From positions 64,001 through 128,000 of the forward strand of contig CBDCVK010000010.1 of the NCBI GenBank assembly GCA_965223005.1: 64,000 nt of DNA, read 5' to 3'. The notes under the pieces are model-generated. The model was not told the origin of the DNA. It made no database searches and saw only the letters and a program-made list of their open reading frames with translations. Position 1 is the first letter of the stretch; each line of letters begins with the position of its first letter. Shown here piece by piece: positions 39,050 to 48,700 of the stretch. A program made the translations under genes and the position numbers. This stretch comes from Terriglobia bacterium. GTDB taxonomy: Bacteria > Acidobacteriota > Terriglobia > JAJPHL01 > JAPKYU01.

Positions 39050-40360
39050 TCAGACCAGTTCCTTGATCGGTACACCGGTCGCGTCGCCAATGGAGTTGGC
39101 GATTTTGACCGGACGCCCAATGGGCGTCATGTAGGTTTTCTCCCAGTCAATGCCGAAGGCCTTGTAGATCGTTGCGAAAACGTCGCCCATCGTGACCATG
39201 CGGTCGGCTATGTACGCGCCTCGTTCATCGCTGGCTCCAACGACCTGCCCACCCCGAATCCCGCCACCTCCCAGTACCAGAGACCAGCATTCCGGCCAGT
39301 GGTCCCGGCCTCGATTGGGGTTGATGTGGGGCGTGCGCCCAAACTCGCCCATCGCAATGACGATGGTCGATTCCAGCAAGCCGCGCCGCTCGAGGTCTTC
39401 CAGCAGCGTCGAAAGGGCCTGGTCCAAGGAAGGCGTGAGAGTCTCGCGGTGGCCTTTGTCGTTATCGGCGTGGGTGTCCCATTCGATGGGCTTGTACCCA
39501 GCCGCGGTCACGAAGCGGGCGCCGGCCTCCACCAACCGCCGCGCCAACAGCAAGCCCTGTCCGAACGGATGGCGGCCGTAAGCGTCCTTGAGCTTCTCCG
39601 GCTCTTTGGACATGTCGAAGGCGTCTTTCACCTTGGGAGACAGGAGCATTCTCCACGCCGCCTCGGTGAAGCGGTCCATCTTGGCGAACTCCGCTTCCTC
39701 GACCTTCTCGCGATACATCCGGTCCACGAGCTTCAAAGCCGAAAACCGGTCCTCGATCACCTGCTCGGAAACCGACTTGGGCAGGCTCAGATCGGGCACC
39801 GCAAAGTCGGGGCGGCTCGGGTTGGGAACCACCATCGGCTCGTACTTCGGGCCGAGATAGAAGGCATTGAAGAACCGTTCCAGGTCCAGGCGATCGGTCA
39901 CCACGTAGGGAGGGATCTCATTACGCGGGCTCATTTCCCGGGCAATGATCGAGCCCACCGAGGGGAACTGCATGGCCGGGTTGGGTCGGTGCCCGGTGAT
40001 CACATAGTGGGTCGCCTGGGGATGGTTGTTTTCCTCCGTATGCATCGAGCGAATGATCGCCAGCTTGTCCATGTGGCGAGCGACCTTGGGCAACAACTCC
40101 GAAATCTGGATGCCCGGCACATTGGTGGAGATGGGCTTGAAGGAGCTGTTCGGCTTAGGATCCCAGGTGTCGACTTGGCTGGGACCACCCTCCAGCCACA
40201 GCATAATGCAAGCCTGGGCCTTGCCTTTGGGTGCCAAGCCTTCTGCGGCCATCAGGTAGTTGCGCAGACTGATCCCCAGAAAGCTCAGCGCACCGACGCG
40301 CAGGAAATCCCGGCGTCCGACGCCCGGCTCCACACAGTGCATGCAGTCTGTATTGCTCAT
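39050..40360 (-). CDS. DUF1501 protein
   Basis: GRRDFL Tat-like motif, GGPSQVDTWDPKP, WDTH, GEFGRTP, GRDHWP. Confidence 0.92.
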   Translation of the reverse strand: MSNTDCMHCVEPGVGRRDFLRVGALSFLGISLRNYLMAAEGLAPKGKAQACIMLWLEGGPSQVDTWDPKPNSSFKPISTNVPGIQISELLPKVARHMDKLAIIRSMHTEENNHPQATHYVITGHRPNPAMQFPSVGSIIAREMSPRNEIPPYVVTDRLDLERFFNAFYLGPKYEPMVVPNPSRPDFAVPDLSLPKSVSEQVIEDRFSALKLVDRMYREKVEEAEFAKMDRFTEAAWRMLLSPKVKDAFDMSKEPEKLKDAYGRHPFGQGLLLARRLVEAGARFVTAAGYKPIEWDTHADNDKGHRETLTPSLDQALSTLLEDLERRGLLESTIVIAMGEFGRTPHINPNRGRDHWPECWSLVLGGGGIRGGQVVGASDERGAYIADRMVTMGDVFATIYKAFGIDWEKTYMTPIGRPVKIANSIGDATGVPIKELV

Positions 40361-40379
40361 GGCGTTTTCCTGAAACTCC

Positions 40380-42943
40380 TCAGTGGTTCGTGACAAATTC
40401 CCTGGAGCTGATCACGGCCCAGACGATGTTTCGGATGGCCCCCGGCCGTGAAGCTCTGGTGCTGATCCACTGCTGCACATCCTTCTGTTCAGCTGCCGAA
40501 GGAAAGCGCGACAGGGCGGCAAGGTAAAGCTCCTCGATGATCTTCGCGTCGGAGGATCCACTCTTCAACAGGCGGTCAATGCGTCCGCCCTCCTTCGCAA
40601 GCTTCTCGGTGTAGGTGTTTCCGGCCAGCATATGCAGGGCTTGCTGCAGGTTACTTTTGTTCTTCCGCTCCGGCACTGCCATCCGGCTCGGGAGCCCATA
40701 CACTTCGAGGAACCGCAAGACATAGGTGTCGGTCTCGACCATATGGATCGCGCGAGACCCTGGAGGCAGCGTCCCCGGCAAACGGTCTAATGGCCAGTCG
40801 TGACGCAACGTTTCCGGAACCCCAGTGGCCGAGGAGATCGCATCCAGCAGCACTTCGGCGTCAAGCTGCCTGGGGATGAAGCGTGAGTAATTGATCCGGT
40901 CATCAGCGTTCGTCTCGTTTGGCACGCTGGAGAGCTGATAGGTGCGGGAGCTAACGATGGTTCGGATCAGACGCTTGAGGTCGTGCCCGCTCTCCCGGAA
41001 ATCCTGGGCCAGCGCTTGAAGAAGCTCCGGGTGGGTTGGCGGGTTCGTGGAGCGAAAATCATCCACCGCATCGACGATCCCTCTCCCGAAGAAGTACCCC
41101 CACGTGCGGTTGACCGCCGCCTCGGCGAAGTAAGGATGCGAGGTCATCCACTCGGCCAGTTTCCAGCGCAGGTCTCCCCGCTCTGACTCAGGCAACTCTC
41201 GCCCGTCGAGAAAAGTCGGCTGGACCACCGCTTTGGTCGCGGATGCGTCACGAACTTGCTCTTTCCCGTCTGCCCGTAGTCGACTTCCTGGCCGGCCGGA
41301 TCGTCATAGAGCACCGAACCGTGCACATTGTAGTCCTGTGGACTAAACTTCACCGCATTCATCCGGCCGAAGAACGCAGTCAGGCCCCAGAACTGGTCCT
41401 GGCTCCAGGCCTCAAAGGGGTGATTGTGGCACTGCGCACAATCGAATCTCCGCCCCAGGAAGACGCGCACCTGCTCGCCCATCTTCTGCTCCGGGTTCCG
41501 CTCCTCTCCCGCAGGAAAGTAATGGGGGACGGCGCCGCTGTAGCCTTGCGCGGCAATTCGCTCGCGGGCGATCTGGTCATAGGGTTTGTTCGCGGCGATG
41601 CTCGCGCGAATCCATTTCCAATAATTATGTGCCGATCGCGGGTCAATCTGGTTCGCGTACCGATCCACGCGAAACACGTCGGCGAAACGGAACGTCCAGT
41701 AGTCGATGAATTCCGGCGTGTTCATCAGAACTTCGACCACCTTCTGCCGTTTTCGCCGATCCTTGCTGGCCGCAAACTCGCGCACCCGCTCTGGCGGCGG
41801 CAAGACCCCGGTCAGGTCCAGGCAGACGCGACGCAGGAACTCCGTATCACTGGAAAGCTTGGAAGGGATAATGTTGAACTTCTTCAGCTTGGCGAATACG
41901 TAGTCGTCGATGAAGTTGTTGTGCGGTACTTTCGGATACCGCGCGATCGGTTTGCCAATCACGCCGACGCTGGTGCTCGTCGCAAACCCTGCCGCGCGAA
42001 CCATCACGGAAGTTTCCCCCGTCCGCACCGCAGCCACCTGGCCTTGCTGATCCACCTTCACCACCTCGGAGTTGTTCGAGGCGTACAGAACCTGGTCGCT
42101 GATGTCCTCCTGTTGGCCATTCGAGAGGTGAGCGGTCACCAGCAGCCGGTGCTTACCTTCCGGAGCCAGCACCACTTCGCGAGGCTCCACCTCGACCCGC
42201 ACCACCCGCACGCCCTCCTTGTCGCCTTCCTCACCGAACGGCGCACCGTTCCGCACCCAGTTCAGGATCGTTTCGTAGTCAGCCGAGTTCGGACGCAACG
42301 GCTGCCCGCCTCCGTGCGAAACACCCATCGTCGCTTTCATCAACAGCAGGCTCTTCTCGGGCTCCTTCAGGTTGACCCGCGGGATTTGTTCACCTTTCTC
42401 CGTGGTCAGGACCTGGTACGTCCCCCCTTCCACAATCCACTGGTAGTCATCGCGGGCGTACAGCGCGTTCAGAGACAGTTTGAATCCGCCCTTTCCCTTC
42501 ACACCCCCGTGGCAGGAGCTGTCGTTGCAGCCGCGCTTGGTAAGGATTCCGCCAATATCACGGGCGAAGCTGAACGGGCGGATCTCCTGCGAGCCCGCTA
42601 CCCGAACGTCGGTCTTGACCGACCGGCCTTCCAACGACGCCGTCAAGACTACGCTCCCGTCGGCCAGCGCCACTACTCGCCCCTCGGCATCCACCTTCGC
42701 CACTCTGGAATCAGAAATCGAGAACCGGCTCTCGGCGGTCACGTCTCGCTCCAGACCATCGCTGTATTTCCCAATGACCAGGAAATGCTGGGACGCCTTC
42801 GCTCCCCACAGCGTTCGATCCTGCGGTATCAATCGCAAGGACCGCAGTTTGGGAGGGGCAGGCCCGGCCTGGGAAGCGCTCGACAGGCCCAGAACGGCCC
42901 CAACCAACAGGACCGCCCATCGTCTTTTCTGTCCGCCCAACAT
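40380..42943 (-). pseudogene. Ig-like (Big_2) + DUF1549/DUF1553 protein, frameshifted
   Basis: Two ORFs (41144-42943, 40380-41228) join as HPR-T-KAVVQPTFLDG if one base is restored near 41237; CNDSSCH, CAQCHNHP, NPPTHPELL. Confidence 0.85.
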
Positions 42944-43242
42944 TGTGTTCCCTAGCGCCTCCTCAGCTCACCCGCTATGGTTCTTTCTTGGATTAATTAG
43001 ACTGCCGCTAAACCTGCGCTGCAAGGACAAAATGTCATGTACCGGGCCCACTTAGTTCCTCTCCTCAGGCGTTGTGAGACCCCACCTTGTCACCAACAAT
43101 GCCGGATAGATTGCCCCTAACCCGCCACCAGGAGACCCTCCAGGCCCGCTCCGGATGTGGGTAAAGAGGGGGGTTATGACACAAGGAACGTCACAAATCA
43201 GCCTTCGGAAGATGTGCCATCACCGGAAGTGATTGAAACGAA

Positions 43243-43290
43243 TGGTAGGCCCGAGCGGGCTCGAACCGCTGACCTCTACCGTGTCAAGGT
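43243..43290 (-). repeat. att-like copy of tRNA-Val 3' end
   Basis: 48 bp identical to 50838-50885. Confidence 0.95.
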
Positions 43291-43470
43291 GCACCTGATC
43301 TTGCCTGATAAACAGGGTAAGAACAAGCTAATTGGGTCGCGGAATGCGGCTGAATGCCCGCCAGATAAGCGTTTGAGTGAAGGGGTCGAGGTAAGAACAG
43401 GGCTCAGAACAGGGATTGCGCTCTCAAACCCGCCAGCGGTTGACGCTGGCGGGATCTTACGGCCGAGCAC

Positions 43471-45261
43471 TTAAGACCGGACCCGGTACACACGCTGGCC
43501 ATCCTCTTGCCTAGCCGATGCCACTTTTAGACCCATCCTCTTCCCCACGCCTGCGCTGATGAACCCGCGCACACTGTGAGCCTGCCATCCCGTGGCAGCC
43601 ATCAGCTCCCGCAGTGTGACTCCGGAAGGCCGTTGCAGGAGTTCCAGAATTTCAGCTTTCTTGCTCCCCGCACGTGCCTTCTGGAGTTCCTGGACGGCTC
43701 TCTTGTTCCCCCTCCGTCTGTGGGCCCTATTCGGCTTGGTGGATGGTTGTACGCCACGCACGGGTGTGTCCGTATTTGCCACTTCAGGTCCCAGGGGCTG
43801 AATGGCCTTCCAGATTCGATCAATCCCTGTCTTGCGATTCGTGAACCTCTTGGCCGGCTTCACACCAGGAATCCGGTTCCAGATTTTCACCAAACGGGCG
43901 CCCGGCCAACCGCCGGCCAACCGCTCTAGCTCCTGTTTGGTCGTGAACGCATCGGCTGCATCTTCGCTCCTGGGTTCGTCCGATCCGATGACCCTGACGT
44001 GGTTCTCCCCGTCGATGATGAATGTCGGCACTGGCCCTCTCCTTTCCTGATCGATCAGAACGACACATCCATCACTCGGTCTTGAGCCAGAAGCAAGGTA
44101 ATTCTGCGAGATTATCGGACTATGCTGGCATAGCGGCAGTCTCGGTGATTGCCAGTTCTGGTCTGCAGGCCTGCTGGCCGCCATGTTCAGTTTCTCTTGA
44201 ATCCGGCGTGTCAGCTCTTCCTGCCGCTTCAACTGCACTACCGTGTATTCTTCGGTAATTCTCGTACTTGCGTGACCCGCAATTTGCGACGCCTCGATGC
44301 TGGACCCACCCACCTCCTGCCGCCACGTAATATTCGCCCGCCGCAGCGAGTGCAGCCCGAATCCACGGAAATCGCAACCCTCCAGCCGCGCTGCCTCCTT
44401 CAAAACCGCCCGAACTCCCGAGTCCCACATCGGCTTCCGCTGATTATGCTGTGGAAACACCCAGGCCTCCGGCCTGTGGTCTTCCAGGGATTCGATCCAC
44501 AGCTTCAATCGTTCGGCCAGACTGCCCAGTGTCAACGTCCTTTTGCTCCGTTCCGTCTTTGGGCTGTCGATATCCCCGCGCCAGTTCCGCTGCTCGATCC
44601 GGATGCATCCGCTCTGCAGAGCAACATGTTTGATCTGTAGGCCGGTGACTTCCGAGATGCGGGCCCCGGTAGCCAGACAGAGCTCACAAATCAACCGGTG
44701 CGGATCTCGCAAGTGCACCAAAACATGGGCCGTCTCCTCTTCTGTCAGGATGCGCCTTTCGTACACTTGCCACTTCTTCGGGAGTTTCACGCGCGCGATC
44801 GGGTTGGCGAAGGTATCCGGCAGCAGGTCCCATTCCTGAGCCTTGGTGAAGATGCCGCTCATGATGTTCCTCAGATCGGCCATCATGTACCAGGAACCGG
44901 ATTCCTCCTGCAGCCAGTCGAGTACGTCCTTGGCGCGAAAGTCGCCGATGGGCGTGCTGGCCCAACGCGGAAGGATGTGATTGTGAAAGTGGTTGCGATA
45001 TTTCTGTTTGGTGGAAGCGGCTAAAAGCGGTTTACCACCGACAACACGCTCCACATAGTCCCACTCCCACATTACGGCGATCGTGCCGAACAGAATCGCA
45101 CCCACTGCCGCCGGTTCGTTGGGCATCACTAGGGTCTTGGTGGGCACTGGTGTGGCGTTCAGGCCACTCAGGAACTTGTCGCACTGCGCCTCCGCTTGGA
45201 GCCGTCTCAGAGCCGCTGGTCCCCGGCTCGCAACGATCCGATGCTGCTTTCCGGCCTCCAA
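43471..45261 (-). CDS. Tyrosine integrase fused in frame to a DUF3489 (wHTH) protein
   Basis: TGARISE, PKT, HSLRR, AGH, EEY catalytic set; C-terminal GSKKA..LELLQRP.G.TL.ELM.ATGWQAHSVRGFIS; internal SD + GTG at 44031. Confidence 0.82.
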   Translation of the reverse strand: MEAGKQHRIVASRGPAALRRLQAEAQCDKFLSGLNATPVPTKTLVMPNEPAAVGAILFGTIAVMWEWDYVERVVGGKPLLAASTKQKYRNHFHNHILPRWASTPIGDFRAKDVLDWLQEESGSWYMMADLRNIMSGIFTKAQEWDLLPDTFANPIARVKLPKKWQVYERRILTEEETAHVLVHLRDPHRLICELCLATGARISEVTGLQIKHVALQSGCIRIEQRNWRGDIDSPKTERSKRTLTLGSLAERLKLWIESLEDHRPEAWVFPQHNQRKPMWDSGVRAVLKEAARLEGCDFRGFGLHSLRRANITWRQEVGGSSIEASQIAGHASTRITEEYTVVQLKRQEELTRRIQEKLNMAASRPADQNWQSPRLPLCQHSPIISQNYLASGSRPSDGCVVLIDQERRGPVPTFIIDGENHVRVIGSDEPRSEDAADAFTTKQELERLAGGWPGARLVKIWNRIPGVKPAKRFTNRKTGIDRIWKAIQPLGPEVANTDTPVRGVQPSTKPNRAHRRRGNKRAVQELQKARAGSKKAEILELLQRPSGVTLRELMAATGWQAHSVRGFISAGVGKRMGLKVASARQEDGQRVYRVRS

Positions 45262-45296
45262 TCAAACCTCCTGTCGGGGACAGGAGGTTTGATTGG
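45258..45296. repeat. Perfect 18-bp inverted repeat (3-nt loop) covering integrase SD and start
   Basis: CCAATCAAACCTCCTGTC-GGG-GACAGGAGGTTTGATTGG. Confidence 0.95.
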
Positions 45297-45470
45297 TTCA
45301 CCGTATAAGGCAAGGCAAATCTACAGCCCCCCACAGGTATTCCACCGGCTTCAATGACCGACCAGGGTACTCCTGCGGCTTCCCGGAAACTGACCCTTTA
45401 CGCCCGTCAGGGTAGTAGGTCAGTTTCCGATAAGGGCGATATACGTCCAAGTGGGCGGCTTGGCAGCATA

Positions 45471-45536
45471 GGTAAACGGCAACCGACTTGTGGGGACCTA
45501 TCTGCCGAGTCTGAGGCAAGCGTCTTCTGCTCACAG
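45471..45536 (+). repeat. Island motif copy C
   Basis: GGTAAACGGCAACCGACTTGTGGGGACCTATC...; 56/66 to copy B. Confidence 0.85.
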
Positions 45537-45558
45537 ACTTGGACCGAGGCGAAGCCGG

Positions 45559-45652
45559 CTATTGCACGGCGATGGTGACGGTGTTGGGTGACGCCGCCTA
45601 TAGTGAGCACTACATCCACCGCATCGCTCGTGGGAGCGTTCTCCGGTACTCG
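45559..45652 (-). pseudogene. C-terminal remnant of a TIGR03437-domain gene
   Basis: RVPENAPTSDAVDVVLTIGGVT then frameshifted NTVTIAVQ*. Confidence 0.7.
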
Positions 45653-45719
45653 GCAGCATTGGTGGCCGGGCGCCTGCTGCACTGTCCGGCATGGAGTCTT
45701 CGCACCTGAGGCGACGGCC

Positions 45720-48700
45720 TCAGGGTGCTTGGACCGGGATGGTGACGGGCTTATCTGGGTTGGCAACAATCCCGTTCTGCGTGAGGACCAGCGGGACCGC
45801 ACCGCCCGGCGCAACGCCGGCCGGCACCACCACGTTCACTTGGTAGAGTCCCACGAAGCCCGGCGCCAGACCCTGGTAGGCTACCGCGGCTTCGAGCCCT
45901 CCGATGGTCACCGTCACCGGCAGTTGCACGGTGCTGAACGAGGGCGCGGGAGCTCCCGTCTCTACCTGCTCCTGCACGGCGCCCAGGCCGGTGCAGAAGA
46001 TCTGTATCGTGTCTCCATCGCGCACCGGGTTCTGCGCCGTCACCAGCTGGAACGAGGCGTCCAGGATAGCGGCGTTTTCACCCGCAATGAAGATGCCCGG
46101 CTGCACCGGAGCAATCCGGTAGTTCTGCGGTGAAGTCAGCAGGTCACCTACGTTGACGGTGACCCCAACGTCATCGCCGGGGCGGGTCTCAAACGGCACC
46201 TGCGCGTTGATCTGTCCCGGGCCGGCGAAATACAACGGCGCATCTCGGTCGCCAATCCGTACGCTGTCCCCGGCCAGATCCCGCTCCAGCGGCAGCTGGG
46301 TGGCGAAGTTGTTCTCGGTCGCGAAGCGCGCGCCGAACAAGGAGATGATGCCACCGGGCGCCAGCGGCCGTCGCGGCGCGAAGCCGGCTCCTTCCACCAC
46401 CCCGTCGGGAAACAGCACCGGCAACTCCACGGCTCCGGGCGCCGCCGCCGTGGAAACCGTGAAGGAGCGACGCGCCGTAGCAAACGAGGAATGCAGCGCC
46501 ACAAAGGTCACCGTCACCTCGGCCGCCTCGCTCACCGGCGTCCAGGTGCCAGTGTAGAAACCGTCGCCCAGCGACCGCAGCGAGATATTCAACCCTTCGA
46601 TGCTGGCCAGCACAGTGGCATCGCTAACGACTGTGCCGCAGGTGTCTACCGTCACCGCCGCCAGCACCCTGGGGAAAGATACCGGCAGGCTGAGGCCGTT
46701 GCCAATCGTGGTGGCCAGCAGTTGTAGCCCCGATGGAGCGCACTGGGCCGTGCGTGGCGGACCCACTGCCTGGGTCCGCAGCGCACTGCCCGGCGGCGTC
46801 ACGATCAGCAACACGCCTACCTGCTGCGGCACGCCGGAGGAGAAGGTGGCGGTGATGGTGCCCTCGTAGACGCCGGCCGCCAGCCCTGCCTGGTTCACCG
46901 AAACTTGCGTGGTGAACGGACCTCCCGACGCGGTCCCGCTCGACGGGCTCACCATCAGCCAGTCCCCGCCGGAACTGGTCGAAGCCTCAAAAACAGCCGT
47001 GAGTGTTCCTCCCCCAGCGTTGCTCACGGTCAGGTCCTGCTCCGCCAGCAGAGCGCCACCCTGCTCGGCGACGAACAGCATCCCGTTGGGGCTGATGTCG
47101 GCCGTCGCAGGCGTGGCCGTCGGCGACACCTGCAGCGTCGCCGTGAACAGTTGGGGATTGTTGCTGGCCCCCGGCGCCGATACCGTCACCAGCACCTGCA
47201 AGACCCCGGCCGCCAGCCCCGACGGGTTGGCCGCCAGGGTGATCGCCGAAGCCTGGGGGGCGCCGACGCCAGCCGTCCCCGATGCCGGGGAAGCCGTCAG
47301 CCAGGAAGGCAACGCGGACAACGACCAGTTCAGCGACTCGGTCCCGTTGTTCAACACCCGCAGCGTCTGCGCCGGCGGCGCAAATCCGCCTTCCACAACC
47401 CGGAACAGGAACGCCGTCTGGTCCAACAGCAGCTGGCCGCCCGGCGAGGTCACCACCGCCTGCACGGGAACCGCAACGGAAAAGCCAGTATCCGTATCGG
47501 TTACGGTGATCACCGCCTGGAACACCCCGGCTGTTGTCAGAGCGGCAAAGTTGACTTCGGCAGTGACAGTCTCCGGCTGCTGCAAGGTGGCGCTGCCAGA
47601 GCCGGGAGAAACGGTGAGCCAAGCGGTTCCATTCAGTAGCGTCGCTGCTACGCTCCAGTTCACCGTGCCGGCGTCGCTGCCGACCTGCAAGGCTTGTTGG
47701 GCAGAGGGATCACCGACAGCCCCAGAGAAGCTCAACGCCTGCGGCGATACGGTCAGGGCCGAAACCGGAGCTGTTCCTGCCTGGGTTACCGTGAAGGTCT
47801 GCCCGGCAATCGTCATCGTCCCGGTGCGCGAACTGCTGCCGTTGGCCGCCACCGAGTACGCCACCGTGCCCCTGCCGCTTTCGCCCGAGGTGATGGTAAT
47901 CCAACCGTCGTTGCTCGTGGCCGTCCACATACACCCGTCCGGCGCCATCACCGCCACGCTGCCGCTTCCCCCACTGGCCGGGAATGATTCGTTGGTCGGA
48001 GCAATGGAGTACATGCAGCCCGCGGCCACGTCGCTGATCTTCGCGATAAAAACGTCCGAGCCTCCGGTTTTAGTAGACTGAAAGGGAGTTGCGGTGGGGA
48101 AGTCAGTCGACGTTGTATCTCCTGTGACATAAGCGTTGCCGGAGCCGTCTACGGCGATCCCTCCTCCGAAGGTCATATCGCCGCTACTCCCACCGAGGTA
48201 GGTCGAGTAAACCAGGGCACTGCCGGCGGCGTTTAATTTCGTCACGAACGCGTCGTTAGGACTACCGTTGCGAGTGGCCTGGATAGGGTTGGCCGTGGGG
48301 AAGTTATCTGAGCCCGTTTCGCCTGCCACGTATGCGTTGCCGAAAGCATCTACGGCGATGCCTTCGACGTAGTCGTGGCTGCTGCCGCCCAGATAGGTAG
48401 AATAAACGAGGGCGGTGCCGGAGGCATTCAATTTCGTCACAAACGCATCCCAGATAAAGGTACCACCGCCGCCGTGAGCGGGCTGGATGGGGCTGGCCGT
48501 GGGGAAGTCGGTCGAAGTCGTAGTCCCGGCCACATAGGCGTTCCCCGAGGCATCTACGGCAACAGCCAACTGGATACTATTAGTACCGCCCTCGCTGCTG
48601 CTGCCACCGAGGTAGGTGGAGTAAACCAGAGCGTTGCCGGCTGCATTCAGTTTCGTCACAAAGACATCGCTGTCACTGGTGTCGCCACCCTTAGAGGCCT

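Larger units (their letters stand above)
33157..43290. mobile_element. tRNA-Val-integrated island 2 (DUF1501/DUF1553 cargo; integrase only as remnant)
   Basis: Bounded by two tRNA 3'-end copies; matching 26-bp arm-type repeats inside both ends (33341, 43171). Confidence 0.8.

Noticed and set aside
20528-42955. Long alternative ORFs (20528-22126, 23058-24239, 36439-37881, 39299-40393, 41243-42955)
   Set aside because: Antisense or shifted-frame shadows of well-supported genes, expected at high GC
33157-43290. Additional tRNA genes at 33157 and 43243
   Set aside because: Only 3' halves (45-48 bp) with no D-arm or 5' acceptor strand; they are att duplicates
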